Source: Neoconidiobolus thromboides FSU 785
Lineage: Eukaryota > Fungi > Entomophthoromycota
Assembly (NCBI GenBank): GCA_025603075.1
Contig: MU626392.1
Coordinates: 1-56,498, forward strand
Reading direction: 5' to 3'
DNA: 56,498 nt
Below are positions 1 to 14,292 of this stretch, piece by piece (position 1 is the stretch's first letter; every line of letters begins with the position of its first letter). The position numbers and the translations under genes were made by a program. The notes below the pieces were generated by a model that saw only the letters and a list, made by a program, of their open reading frames with translations, was not told where the DNA came from and did no database searches.

Positions 1-1646
1 ATCAAAAGAATATACTGAAGCTATAGTTGATAATAACGCTACTTGCTGACTTTTGTTTCCTGTTTCCCTTAAAGCACTAATTTTATACATTACTTGATTA
101 AGTTTATTATTATCGATAGTAAACTTTGATAATATATCTTTTCTTTGTTTTGTTTTGTTATAAAATTCCATAAACCTTAGGTTGTTATAAGTAGCTCTTA
201 AAATTGATGTAAATAAATTACAATGTTTACATTGTGTACTCCTCCCTATTGTATTAAAATTTTCAAAAATTCCATTTCGAAGTTTAGTTATGAAAGTTTG
301 CATTTTGTTTTTATTGTATCAAACTATATAATATAATAAATATTTTTATCAGCTAAAGTTTTAAATTTTTGGAATTTTTCTAAATCAGGAATTTTATTTC
401 TAAGCTATTAGTTTATAACTTTTATTTTTATACAAATAGCTATCAGGTATTAATACTTTCGATAAAATAGTGTTATATAATATTAAATAGTTTTTTATTT
501 AGTAAAGATCAGTTTTATATTTTTATCATAAAACACTTAAAAAATAATATTTAAACATATCAAAAAATTGATTATATTATAGCATTTAAGTTAATAATAA
601 ATTTTAAATAGCTAGTTTTTAAATGCTAATACAATTATATATAAAAATAAATATACTATTATATTTATATTTAATAGTATTTAGATAAAATATTCATTAT
701 AAGCGAATGTAACTTAATTATCATTAACTTTATTAGGATGCTTATTGATATTAGGAATAATGTAATTTTCAATAAATTCAACTATAAAAAAGTACAAAAA
801 ATGATGAGCAGGCGTTGTCATTGATTTATTAAGTAAATCAAATTTATTTTTTATATTATGATAATATTAAAAGAAATCCATCGTATATTTATATACATTT
901 TTTTAGCTTCTCAGCCGTTATTACTTATTATTGTTTCCATCTTGTCTTCCTTCGTTTTCACCCCTTTGTAATAATTTAAAACTGCAGTTTACATCCTTTA
1001 AATAAGTTCAGGATTATAAACAATTTTTAAAGTTTGCTTAGGTCTATTACTTTTTGAAAAAGTACCAAAGTAAAATTTTGGTCAAAAATTTATCAATAAA
1101 ATCATGGACCACCTGATCATTGACTCCAATATGCCCTGGCATAGTGACTCTATTAAACTTTAAATTTGGGGTGTTGAAATTGTATTGCCTTTTTAATAAT
1201 TCTGGTGCTTTAAATTTTTCCAGAGAGTGTCCGAAAACGGAGATTCTAACATCAATGTATCCAGTTTACTGCTTGTTACTGCCATTTTATAAAATTTGAT
1301 ATTGTAGAAAGTAAATAATAGTATAAATATAAATATTCAAAATAATAGTGAAATATTCTTTGAGTGTTCTTTTTTATTTGAATACCTTTTTAACTAAATT
1401 GGACTGGGTGCACTGAATTTGAACAATACTTATTAGTAATAAAAGATGCTTTTTATTATTAATTTGTTTGTTGTTATTTATTTTCAGTACAGTTTTAGTT
1501 TATAAATCGATTATTATATTTTTAATTACTTATAATAACAAAAATACTTATATAATCAATACCTGGATTTATAAATTTTTTAATATGATATTTAAAAATT
1601 AAATTGAAAAAATAATCATCATAACTTTCTTTAAATAATAACAAAC

Positions 1647-1742
1647 GGGGATGTTTTTTTGGTTTCATTACTTTTCCATTTTTAAGCGCTATTTAAGTAG
1701 AAAGATTGTTAGTAAAATTCTTAAACAAAAAAATACATCCCC
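1647..1742 (-). mobile_element. ~97-bp MITE copy, TSD AAAC/AAAC
   Basis: GGGGATG...CATCCCC termini, internal AAGCGCTATT core, identical 4-bp flanks. Confidence 0.9.
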
Positions 1743-2009
1743 AAACATTCAAATTTAAGTACTTTAGTTATTTTTGCCAAAAATTTAATTTGATATAAAA
1801 ATAAACTAAAGAGTGGAGATACTTCAGTAAGCTTTTGCTCTAATAAAGTGTTTTACTACTTAATTTTTTTACAACTGAGGATGCTTTTATATTTATTTTT
1901 TTGTAAAATTGTAACATCTCAAAAACACCCATTTTGTCTTTAGATAGCCTGTATAAATAAGCTTAGTATCCTTTTTTTTGTTAATTTGAATCTTCAAAAT
2001 ATAAAATAT

Positions 2010-2106
2010 GGGGATGTATTTTTTCGTTTAAGAATTTTACTAACAATCTTTCCACTCAAATAGCGCTTAAAAGATGAAAAAAGTGATGAAATCAAAAAAC
2101 ACCCTC
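2010..2106 (+). mobile_element. ~97-bp MITE copy, TSD ATAT/ATAT
   Basis: GGGGATG...CACCCTC termini; CACTCAAATAGCGCTTAAAA core. Confidence 0.9.
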
Positions 2107-2386
2107 ATATCTTAAAGCTAATTTTCACCTTTTAGTCTTTATACAAATATTAAATTGCTTAGAAAAATATTATTTCTTGAGTTTTTAAGCATTTGTACAG
2201 CAGCTCCAGATATATTATCTATCTTGCTGATTGATCCTCTCGTGATCTATTTGAATGTTTATTCTATTTTAATAAAAAGATGTTTGCCTATTAGATTTAA
2301 GATAATCAAAAAAATAAATCAATATCAAACTAATAAAAAACGTAATGTTTAAAAATTTAATAATAAAGAGGCAAAAGTAATGATTT

Positions 2387-4337
2387 TTAATAATGATAAG
2401 CTTCTCCATTCAAAACATCAGTGCTCAAACCATTTGAATTTTTCAAATCATCTTTCAAAATACTTTTAAAAATTTCACTAGCAGGCTAAAAAATGCAGTG
2501 TCACAGTTAAAGGATTGTTAAGAGAATGTATTATACTAATCTTACATGTACATAATTGTCCTTTCTACAGTAATTTTCAATAAATAAATTGTTTTCATCT
2601 TTGCTATTTTTTTGCAAACAAAATAAATATATTTGATCTAAAACAAACATTATAATGTTAATATTTCAATTCAATTCGCATTCTTGTATATACAAAAATA
2701 ATACAATAACTGCAGATATACTTACTATGTAACATTTTCAACATATGGGAATAATAAAAAGGGTCTTCAATACAAATCGATTGGATAAAATTGATCGCCT
2801 CTAAATCTTCAATCTCACTAAAATCATGCCCAATTTTAAATAAAAAATATTCCCCTAATAAAAATAAAAAATATTTTAATAGTTTAAAAATCTCAAGGAT
2901 TTGATTCCTTACCTTTCTCCAACTTTTTCAATAGTTCATATTTAACCGCGTTATCCGGCTCAATTAATATTTTATGATAACAAGAATAAGGTAATTGGTC
3001 CAATTCTTTTTTTTGTTTCTCTTTGACTTCCAAAGTAATACCATTTCGGTTTTTCCTTAATTCCATTGATGTGTTACATTTTGAAAAATCACTATACAGT
3101 TCAATGAAATTCTCTTCGCCCAATTGTAACTAAAAATCATGAGTAAGGAATGGAGAATTTCAAGAATATAGGCCTTACATTAGTCAAATAATTCGAAATT
3201 GTTACTTTTGAAAGTTCGTTGTCTATTAGGAATAAAGTTTCTATTCTAGAATACAATTCTTGTATTGGGATGGTATATACGTTGATATTTACCCTTTTTG
3301 TTTTCTATTAAAGCAGAAAAATTAAAAACAATTTAACTAAAACAATGGTAACTAACATGAACACTTTTAGAATAATAAACTTCTGCGTCATTTGATAACT
3401 TGTATAAATTAACATTAAAAATAACATCGGTGCTAAAATAAAAGAGTATTGGCTCATGAATTTTAGATAAAAACGACTAATATTTATAGTTACTTTCCCT
3501 GTTCCCTAATTATTTTCTCTATTCCATATCTACTTTTCAATTCCATCTCCCATTCTCTACCAATACTTATACCAGCATTAAAAAGTAGCAACCTTATATC
3601 ATTTCCATCATCTAAACTAAAAAATCAACTTCTTATTGCTCATTTAATCACAATTCGTTTTTTTACCTAAACCACTCTTCATCATCTTTTATTAAATGAA
3701 ATAAATTCAAATGATGGAAAATAAATCCAAGCTCTCTATCTTTTTTATTGATATTGTTTAATTCTTCATTTAATTTTCTGATACTTTTCGTTATTAACTG
3801 CTGATACGATATTATAGCTTTGTTTTCGGCAATATCATAGCTGGATGGGGTGAATATCTAAATTATTATAAATATTGATAAAAGAGGTTATTTGAGATTA
3901 TATAATTACGTTTTCATTTTGATAGAATTTCTGGCTTAAATCTATTATCTTTGTCGGTATATATGTGCCATTGTTTTGATAGGTGAAGGACTAATGTATG
4001 TGGATAAAGTTAAAGTTTAATAAATTCAATTCTAACATCTAAATCCTTACCTTGCCGCTTATCTCAGAATAAAAACATCGTTGTATATTACTATGCTTCT
4101 CTATCACATTGATAATTGTATTCCATAGATTTGAGCTTAGATCTAATAAATTTTTCATTGATTATCAATTGTATTCTCTCTTTTTTATTATAGTTTACCT
4201 CGTTTGTAGTTCTCAAAGTCAGCAGATTCATTATTAAAATGAAGATAATCCAAAGGATTATAAATTAGCCATAAATAATTGTTTTTAGTACTTTTAGGTT
4301 GGGTCAAATTGTAAAATAAGTGCTCTTTTAGTTCCAT
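2387..4337 (-). CDS. Hypothetical protein, ~420 aa, 12 exons (manual model; 3' end uncertain)
   Basis: Manual splicing with 11 GT-AG introns keeps one open frame from ATG 4337 (MELKEHLFYNLTQPK...) through ORF 2893-3123 (GEENFIELYSDF...) to TAA 2387-2389. One 99-bp intron (3686-3784) is needed to skip a TGA at 3708-3710. A possible extra exon lies near 2148-2250. No family recognised. Confidence 0.7.
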
Positions 4338-4697
4338 TGATTGTTGATGAGAAAGTTAAAAATATCGTCGATATTTTTTTAAATGTGAAGTTTTTGAGTT
4401 TAAAATAGTGTTAAGAAAATTCTAATTTTTATTAAGCGAATTATGGGATCAGGCCAAGTAAAAGTTGATATTAAGTTATATGTTGCTTTTCGTGTTGTAT
4501 ATCATATAATATTGTTCTATATTATTAATATTAATTAATATCATTTTTATACTATTGCAATAATGTTTGTTACACTTTAAAAATTTTAAGTAACATTAAA
4601 TCAATTTTGGCATAAAACTAAAAATCCTATAAAAAAACTTTTATAAAAAATCCAACCCCTAAAAAGCAGAATTCACTTTCATTTTTAATTTCAAAAG

Positions 4698-7600
4698 ATG
4701 AATTTAAACCAGAAATTGATGCCTTTATTCAGCTCGTTGGCCCTAAATGATAAGACCCAGCGAATCTCAGCAAGTATACAGTTAATCACTTTGTTAAACG
4801 AATATCAAACCGAATTTATTCAAAAACAATCAAAAGGAACTTGGGAAAATCAATTAAATGACATAAAAAATATCAAAGAGTGTTTACATCCTGATGTTTA
4901 TTATTCATTGAATAGGCTTATTAAAGGTTTGGCTTCCGCTAGAGAATCAGCCAGACTTGGATATTCTCTCGCTTTGGCTGAGGTAATTAGAGAGGACTTA
5001 TAGTTAAATTGATGGATAATTAATGATATTTTTTGTTTTAGTTGTTAAGATTATTGAATTACCTACCAGTAAGTATGATAGTGGATTTGATTCTAGAACA
5101 TACTCCTTTAGGTACCAACTCAGAGGTAAATATGAGATTATTTATTATACATTTCATTCATTTATTTGATTAGGAGAATAGAAATCATATGTTTGGAAGA
5201 TTATTTGGGTTGAATAGTATAATAAGATCAAATCTACTGAATCAAAAACAAATTGTATTTGAAGATTGGAAGTTGATTATTAATACTATATTTAATATTT
5301 CCAGTTATAAATCATATTTACTAAATCCTGCTTATGTAGTGTTGGAAGAGTTGGTGTTGGTGGTAAGTTAATTTTATATAATAAATATGTTTTCCTTTTT
5401 TTAATGTGTTACTTCCTGTGTAGGCTAAAAAAAGTGAGCATCAGAAAAAATTAGCAGAAACTCTTTGGGAAGCAGTTAATAAGATTGAGATTGGAAATAG
5501 TGAACATCTGGCTTTTTATCTATTAATTTTGACTAACTTTACGGTATGTTTTTGATGTTATTTTTATTTTATTTTATTACAATATTTAATATATGCCTTT
5601 TATAGGATTCATTAAGTGAAATAGGCAAAGACTTTAAGTTTATTCAGTTAGAAAATTTTGAAGATTTAGGTGAAATACTAGTAAGTTTATATATTATAAT
5701 ATCATAATAATTATAAAAAAATGTCTTTCTAGATTAAAAAATCAACACACGTACCAACTAATTTACCAAGTAGTTGGCAATTATTAATGGACGCTTTCTT
5801 TAAAGAAAACTTATTTACTAATCACTTCAAACTCGATCTCGGTAGATTTTGGGAGATTTGTGTCGAAAGTAAATAATATATTGATATACTAGTATAATAC
5901 AATATTAACAATTTATTTACTATTAAAATAGATACACTATTTAAAATGTATAGGAAAAAAAATATTGAATTCGAAATGCTTGGATTAAAATTATTAAAAG
6001 CAATTATCCCATTGTTAAAAACAAATCAATTTCCACTTATTTTTTCAGAAAAATTAGTCACATTTTTGTATAATGTATCTAATCCAAGCAGTGAAACTTT
6101 CGCTTTAGCAAGTGAAGTTGTAAGTTTATTACTAATTATTTTTATATATGTTAGTATAGTATTAATATACTTATTTTAGTTTAATTTGTTAAATAAAGTA
6201 TTACAGTCAAATCCAATAGTAGGATTCTTAGTAGTAATAATGTTCAGTAATAGTTCTTTAAAAAGAAGAAAGAACGGATTAGTACATGATTTAATTAATG
6301 AGTTTACAAAAACATTGAGCTTAAAATCAATTAATGACTTTATAAATTATTTAATTAAGGTATTTAATGCCGAAGAAGAGTAAATTATAGTATAATAATA
6401 TAATAGTATCAATGCTAACATATTATTCGCTATCATTATTAGATTACAAGGATTATCGCCTTTAGAATCCCAAGAGTGGTCTATTCATCAGATGTCTCAT
6501 GTATTAAAATATGCAAAATTAAAAGGGAGTGAAGATAGCTATATTAAAGTAATGGATTTTTTAACACTCCATTCTTTTTTCAATATCTCATTACCTGATT
6601 TAAATTCTCCAATTGAAATTGTAAGTTAATTTACAATAACTCATATTATTATTATTGTATATTAATACTTCATTGTTTTTATTCTTATCTAGCTACGTAT
6701 TAAGCCCAATTTCGATGTATCTAATGATATCCATCAACTTGCTCAAAATAAGTTACTTTTATTACTAAAAGATAGTTTTAAGATGGCACCATTATCTGAA
6801 GGTAAGAAATAATAAAATAATAAAATAATCTTAACGATGTAATGAATACTAATAACGATTTATAAATAGAAAAAACAGATATAAGAGCTAGAAATGCAGG
6901 ATTTAAACAAAATCAAGAATTATGGATTCAACATGTGAATAAATTTATACAACAATTGAATTTAAGAGTCCAATTAAATCCCATTTTACCTTTATCTTTA
7001 GAATCAAAAGAACAATTGAATAAAGTAGAGCAATTATTAATTACTATTGAGTCAGAGATTGATAGCGATAGAACGAATCCTCACTTTGGTTTCTTTGTTT
7101 TAGTACAATTTCTGGAACTATTTTTAAATATTGATGGTAATGAAGCTGCTGCTTCTATTAAGGTGAATGATTTTTGAAATTTACCATTGTGGAGTATATT
7201 GAGTAATTTTATTTTTCATAGGAAGTCATTATCTGTTATGAAAAAATATATACAGTAAAAAAAGGGAAAAGTAAAAAGAAAGCAGCCATAGAAGGTAATA
7301 ACAATAATAAACATACATTTAGTTGTTAATATTTTTTATCAGCTGATGGTACTGAACCAGTTGATGTATTAGTAGATTTATTGATATCTTATTTAACAAA
7401 GTCCAATACTTTATTTAAAGAAGTAATTGAATTGGTATTTGAAAGATGGTGCAGTTTAATAAAACAATCCACTTTAAGTTTAATATTTGATATTATTAAT
7501 AATAGCGATGAAGATGATTTATTACAAGGGGAAGATGATGAAGAAAATGATGATATTATCGAAATGGATGAAGATGAGATAAATGGAGATATGTTAAATG

Positions 7601-9239
7601 TAGATTTGATTAAAAATATTGCTTTTGATAGCGCAAAGATGGATGATGAGAACGAAGACGAAGAGGATGAGGGGGAGAATGAAGAAGAAAGCAGCGAAGA
7701 AGAAAATAGTGAAAAAGAGGAAAGTGATGACGACGACGAAGGTAGCGAAGAAGATGATGATGATGGAGAACAGGCGGGATTATTAGATGAAGAGTTGGCG
7801 AAAAAGGTTAAGGAAGCTCTTGGAAAAGCTGCAATAACAAGTGACAATGAATCTGACTTGGATGATGAAGAGATGTCAAAAATGGATGCTAATATCGAAG
7901 AAATGTTTAAACAGGCTAAATTGGCAAAAAAACAACAAGAAGGTATAATAATTATATTATACTATATATGTTATATTGTATATTAACATTTTATATTTTT
8001 ATAGAAACTAAAACAAGTATATCTCAACTTAAAGTGAAATTATTAGAATGGATAAGCATCTACATAAATAAACAGGGAGACAATTTAAATATATTATATG
8101 TAATTGAACAATTATTGGTATTTATAAAGAAACATTCAGAAACATCAATCACCAATCAAGCTGACATACTTCCATTTGAAAAAGGATGTAATATACTAAT
8201 TAATAATGTAAAAAAGATTAAATTGAATCAAAAATTTCCAAAAGAAGAAATTAAGAGTGTTTTAGAAAATGCAATTACTTTAACAAATCTCACTAATGAT
8301 TTGGTATATAAAACTTGTTCCAATGTAATTCAGAGTTTATTGGGCGAAATTATTGAATGGGAAAATAAGGATTATGATAAGGTAATTTATTGCTATAATT
8401 TTATAATATAATTTAATAATATTGGTATTAATATTAGATTGTATTAACAACATATACTAAAATCTTAGAAAACTTTTTTGAAAATGGAATGGCAACAACA
8501 AGGGATGGATTATTGATTGATTTGATGAGTTTGTCTCCTAAATTTGGATGGCATTCCGCTACTAAAATCATAGAAAAAGTATCAATCGAGTCTAAAGCAA
8601 ATCGTACAAAAGCTTGGATGGCTTTTGATATCTTACTTAAATTAGTCACTACTAGTCAAAAGAAGGTAATATAATAATAATAATAATAATAATAATATAA
8701 TATAATATGATATAATATAATAATAGTATACTAATAAGTTTAATCTAAAATAGAAATATTTTGATGAAGAAAAAGTCAGTTCATTTATTGAACCATTATA
8801 TACCAAAGTATATTCGATTTTTAAAGCATCGTCACTTTCAAAAGAGCCATCTTCTTTAAAATTAGATCAACTAAAAAAGTTACTTTCCTTTTTGATTAAA
8901 CTTAAATATTATTTGGAATTTAATAATCATTATAAGGTAATTATAATAATATAATATTTTTATTGGTATTTTTATTGATATTTTTATTAGGAATATGATT
9001 TATTTTCAGCTGATGCATTTATATCAATATGTGATAAATTACTTTCACAACCTAACTTTATGAATAATGCACCATTAAGGGATTTAATCTATCAAATTAC
9101 TGGGAAAAGATTTGAGTCTAAAACAAGGTAATTTTTTATCATTATTAAGTGGCAATAAATATTCATATTAATATTTTTATAAAGAACTACCAAATCCAAT
9201 TCAAGTTCCAAACTAAAAAAAGCTAAGCTTAATAATTAA
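4698..9239 (+). CDS. POL5: DNA polymerase phi / MYB-binding protein 1A family rRNA-biogenesis factor, multi-exon
   Basis: Motifs YSLNRLIKGLASARESARLGYSLALAE, MFGRLFGL, EPVDVLVDLLISYL and a long acidic D/E tract (7381-7986 ORF). Many GT-AG introns; last exon ends KLKKAKLNN-TAA at 9239. Confidence 0.9.
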
Positions 9240-9486
9240 GTAAACTAATTCTAAGCAATGCTATTAATACATCTATTTCCCACCTTAACCCCCCTTCTTT
9301 CTATTAAAAATATAGAGTAATGCTTTTATCTTTATTAATGTATTTTTACTTTAATTTTATTTGCCTTTTTTTAATATTTAATACTATAAATTAAATCAAA
9401 TAAAAGTAACTTTTAAAAATTAAAACTAACTTTACTGAACAAATTATAAAAAAAGGGAAAAAAATGAATCCTATAAAAATCATACT

Positions 9487-11474
9487 TTAACTCAACCCAA
9501 TCTTAGCCATTGGTCTTTTCCAAATTTTAATGTGTCCTTTTTTACATGTTGTAATAATTGCTTCTTCCCTGAAAACAATCGAGCATAAAGGATCTTGATG
9601 TACAGATTGGGCCTAACATTTATTTTTAAATAAACATTCTTTAAAGTTTATTATCATAATAGTAATTATTTTACTTACCATCAAGGGCTTCAACATCATC
9701 ACTTGGTTCCTTGATTTCAATGGATGTAATACAGGCCCAATAGTATCCGCGTCTTTAACCCCAACTGTAGAATGTACTGAGTGAATACTTTGTGACCCTC
9801 TTCTAACTCTCTAATATATATTAGCCTTCCATCTTTTCATCTTCGTTAATAGTGCTACTTACCCCTTTAACCTTTGGCAACGCTCTTAACGAGAAATCCC
9901 ATAGCAACAATTGACTATCTTCCCCTACGGAACCAAAGCGATAATTCTCTTCATCACACTTCCAAAAATCAAAAGCTACCCCAGTTACCCAAGCATTATG
10001 TCCTTGACAACGTGCAATGATTTTTTGATCGGGATAGGACCAAATTGTAATCAAATCATCTTGTCCTCCAGTTAATATATATTTACGATCTGGGCTCCAA
10101 CAGACGCAGGTCATACCACCAAAGTAAGATGTAAAGATATCAGTTAAGCTAAAGGGGAAAAAAGGGATCAGTTTTTGCTATAAATAATGTGATTATATAA
10201 TTAACTTACATCTCTTCATGATAATCAATGATTCTCAAACCACCATCTAAACTAACTACAGCCAATAGTGAAAAATCAGGTGAAAAAGCAAATGCTACAG
10301 AAAGAACAAAAGTAAAGTTTAGTTGAAATTTAAAATATAAATCTCGTAATATCAATCACCTGATATAGGTTTTGTGGAAATTTGCCAATGAATTTGTGGG
10401 TTATATTTGGCGGTTAATTTCAAGCTTGGTTTAGTAATGCATACTCTAAATGAATACAAATAAATAAATAACAATAGACAAATGTACAATAGTTTCATTA
10501 CATGCTATTAGGCGTAGGTGAATTAGGTATAAAGCTTTGGTCATCTTTATCCTTATCATAAACAATTAAGGAACCATCTGAATGTCCAACCAGAACTAAA
10601 GTTTCTGAGCCTGGTACCCATTTAATACTTGTTACTGAGCTGTTGTTAATGATACCCTGTGATTATTATGAATATGAATCAATTTTTCATTTTAAATATA
10701 CAAAAAACTTACCTGTTTATTAATTCTCGAATATTTGCTAGATAAAGGATCAAACCAAATTACATCTCCACTAGAAAGACCAATCACTACATCTAATTGT
10801 TCGCCAGAACGTGTTAATTTATTTACATCATGACATGTGGGATACGATTTGGTAAATATTATTTGTGATAAAGGCTCCTAAGTGCAAAAATAGTTAAAAG
10901 AGAACTCTTATTAATGTATAGCCTTCTACTGCTATTTTTCTAACAGAAAAAAGTCTAGACTTACATGAGGCAATTGTATATCAACCCAGTAAAACGCTTT
11001 TCCCACATTGTAAAAAGCATACGTATGTTCCATAGTCCTAGAGAGCAAAATCGAGACTAAATTTTCATGTTGAATTATCTTTTGTACTAAACTGGAATTC
11101 GTTTTTGCTACTGAAGCTTTACTCTTTTTCTTTAAACTTGGTGTAAATAAACTAAATCCTTCTTTATCTAAGATACTAGTTAAATATTCTTTGTTCGTGT
11201 TGACAATACCGCTGCCACTACTAATACTAGTATTATTATTGCTATTGTTGAGATTGGCAGTTGCTTCAGTATCTAAAGTTTCGATGAGTTCCGAGCTGAT
11301 GTTTGGACTTTCTTTTAATTTCGGTTTACTATCTTTAAATTTCACTGTCACTAAAGAGATACTTGTTCCCATTGTACCATTTGGTTGTAATGCTTCGCTA
11401 AGGTATATATCCTCTAATAAATGATATCGTCCCTCCGCCGATATAAAGGCTTGTGTTTGAGGTGGTGGTTGCAT
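9487..11474 (-). CDS. creC: WD40-repeat protein, CreC/WDR20/DMWD family (deubiquitinase cofactor), multi-exon
   Basis: [62 protein letters not shown]-like segment, [17 protein letters not shown]-terminal [30 protein letters not shown]; stop at 9487-9489. Confidence 0.85.
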
Positions 11475-11877
11475 TTTTTTAGAGTTTTAATTATTTTTTA
11501 GATTATTAAAGGATTTTTTTTGAATTAGGTTTTTTGTATATGGTTAAATTTATTTTGATTCATTGATTCGTTCACTGAAGGAATCTTTCGCGTATACTAA
11601 GATTCAAGCTTTTGAAAAAGTGGCTTAAAAGTAAATAACAAGTTAGTCAAATATTTGATTCATAATATCAAAATCAAGAACAATTTAGTTATATAATAAT
11701 TTATTAAAAAGAATAGAATATATAAAAAATTATGAAACACTTTCCATATGTTACAACCTATAACTTAAGCCTAATAGAACAATTAAAATAGTCCTCAGTG
11801 AACTTTCCTTAATGAGATAATACAGAAAGTGGCAATTAATACAATCAAAGTTCCCATAATTTACAGTTTGTAACTAC

Positions 11878-13159
11878 TTAATTAGTAAAAGTTAACGAAG
11901 TAGGGCTAGCAGGTAGATCTCCTAACAATCTAGTTCTTTCTGTTGCTGGTTTAATCATAGGACATATATCTCTTTTACATATCGGACACTAAAAAAGAAA
12001 TGGATTAATTACAACTATTACTACTGCTAATCAATAGCTCTTACAAATTTCTTTCTAGTAGTTAGCCAAGGATCTATATTAAACAAAAAATATTAAATAT
12101 CAATCGTATACCGTCTAACTAAAGCCCCTTACCTATACATGCAATATGAAACTCATGTCTACAAGGTAAAATCCTCAATTCGTCCTCATCAATATAATCC
12201 TCTAAACAAATTGCACATTCTTCAGGTTCATTCCCCTGTCTTTTAGCTATAAAAAAATCTCTGGTTGGCAAATTTTTAACAAAATCAGGTGGTGCTAATT
12301 GAGCTTTATAAAGTTGTCTTTGTCGAATCTTCCACATAACATAAACAAAAAACATCATTACCGTTGGTGATAAAATGGTTACTATGATGACATCTAATAG
12401 AGGTCTAGATTGTTATAAAGTTAGTTTTTATAATAGTCATAAAAAGAAGAAATATTTTACTGAAAAAAATTATTTGGTTCCAATCGAATCAATAATGGAT
12501 CTGGTCCAAGTCCAACGCATAAATCATGTAGCGTTTTGTATTCTTTTTGAGTGATAAAAACGGAGGGTATAGCAACATCATCATTATCGCCTATTCACAA
12601 CAACTTTAATACACCTTTTAAAACAAAAAATAGCCAAGTTTACCATCTGCATACATAGTGACTAATCCACTTCTTTCATTGTTTCCTACCACTACCCCTT
12701 GGAAGCCACTATTTTGCATATACCTTACCTTTTCAATAAAACTACAGTTACCCCGTTTAATTAAAGCGATCAAATTATCTTCTTGATAGAATTTCCCCAG
12801 TTTGATTAAAGTTTCATTTAACGAAAAGGAATGGCAGCCATCTGGTTCTTGTTGCCCCCAATTAGGTAATGTTTCTATTGGGATTAGCTTTCCTATATAC
12901 CCTTTGGTCGGTAAACGTGGGCCAAAGGAGGCAATTCGGTCCTAAAGAAAGTTCGTTAGGTTAAGCTGTTGCTATAATCTGTGGTGTTACTTGAAATGTA
13001 TCATTGGTTTTCTATATTAAATTAATTCATTAGTTTGCAATAATGTTATTTAGTATTTAAATTTACTAAAACATGCAAGGAACCGTTAACTACATTGATA
13101 ATAGATAGTAGAGGTATACAACCTAGTAGATAAAATAAAATAAAGATTATAGAGGGCAT
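11878..13159 (-). CDS. PA-domain, single-TM, RING-H2 E3 ubiquitin ligase (RNF13/RNF167/RMR-like), multi-exon
   Basis: Signal peptide MPSIIFILFYLLG..., DRIASFGPR, PA motif IALIKRGNCSFIEKVRYMQNSGFQGVVVGNN, TM segment, RING-H2 CAICLEDY...LRILPCRHEFHIACI...CPICK. Start ATG 13159 inferred. Confidence 0.88.
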
Positions 13160-13577
13160 ATAAGTTGGATTGAACGTTTTTAAAAGTCTTTTTGGAAGAA
13201 AAAATTGAAGCTGATAAAAATAAAAAAGAATCAAATACAAAAAAAGCTTGATTTTCTTTATTTTTTGTAAGTTGGTTTTTTACCCCATTTTTTTTAGCAA
13301 AAACAGTCACTAGTTTGAAAAAAGCATATTCTAAAAAAACTCCAAGCTTGTTCTATATGGAATACAATATGATTCGTTCATAAAAATGAGTTCATTTTTA
13401 ATAACTAAAAATCTTAGCAGTTTAAAATGTGGTAATTGTCAAGTAAATTTATCTGACAAAATTACACATTTGAGCTTGATCATTTGGTAATTATTACTTA
13501 AAAACTTGGATTTATCAAAAATCACATTCGTACATTTAGAATGAGATATTATAAATAATTAAAAGTTGGCAATAAAT

Positions 13578-13674
13578 GAGGGTATATTTTTGTGTAACAA
13601 TTTTATTAACAATTTTTCCGCTCAAATAAGGCTTAAAAGGTAGAAAGAGTAATGAAACCAGAAAAAACATCCCC
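13578..13674 (+). mobile_element. ~97-bp MITE copy, TSD AAAT/AAAT
   Basis: GAGGGTA...CATCCCC termini; identical 4-bp flanks. Confidence 0.88.
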
Positions 13675-14292
13675 AAATGTTGCTTTATTTTAGGTAGGAG
13701 TCATGTTTTGATACAGTTTATTAAAAAACGAAAAAATCAATTAATAGTATTATCTTTTATTCTACTTTATTAATTTATTTAAACATTGAAGGCTCAATAC
13801 TAGTGTTTATTTTTGGAAGTAAATTGTAGAAAAAGGGTAGATAGAGCTGTTAAAGTTCAAGTATCTATTGTATAACTGTTCATTTTCGAAGAAAATTTTG
13901 GGCATAAATCTCGCCAAAGCTAAAAGACCAGGCTTTTAAAAACAATAACCAAAAAATAGTAGACAAGGGTTTTTGCAGAAATTGCATATTTGAAATTTAA
14001 CAGCTGTAGTTGCAGGGTTTTAGAGCGTAAAGTGAAATTGGATTAAATTCATAGGGGGAGCTCTAAGGATTGTCTGATTTTAGTTTCATAAAAGAATGGG
14101 GTTCTAAACTTGAGGCTTTTAAAAATTAGAATAATCTCGATAATAATAATCCAGTAATTATTTATAGAAAGCTATCAAAAACAAAAAAACACTAATAAAA
14201 AATACACTATATATTTAATGAACAAATAAAACCCACTTAAGTCCAAGCGCAGGCAATAAAAACACTTCATAACAGCCAGTTGATCTCTACTA

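Noticed and set aside
3708-3710. Apparent in-frame TGA suggesting selenocysteine or a recoded stop
   Set aside because: A phase-compatible GT-AG intron (3686-3784) removes it. No SECIS could be identified, and other genes use the standard code.
7389-7847. 152-aa Ser-rich minus-strand ORF
   Set aside because: Antisense shadow of the GAA/GAT-rich acidic exon of POL5.
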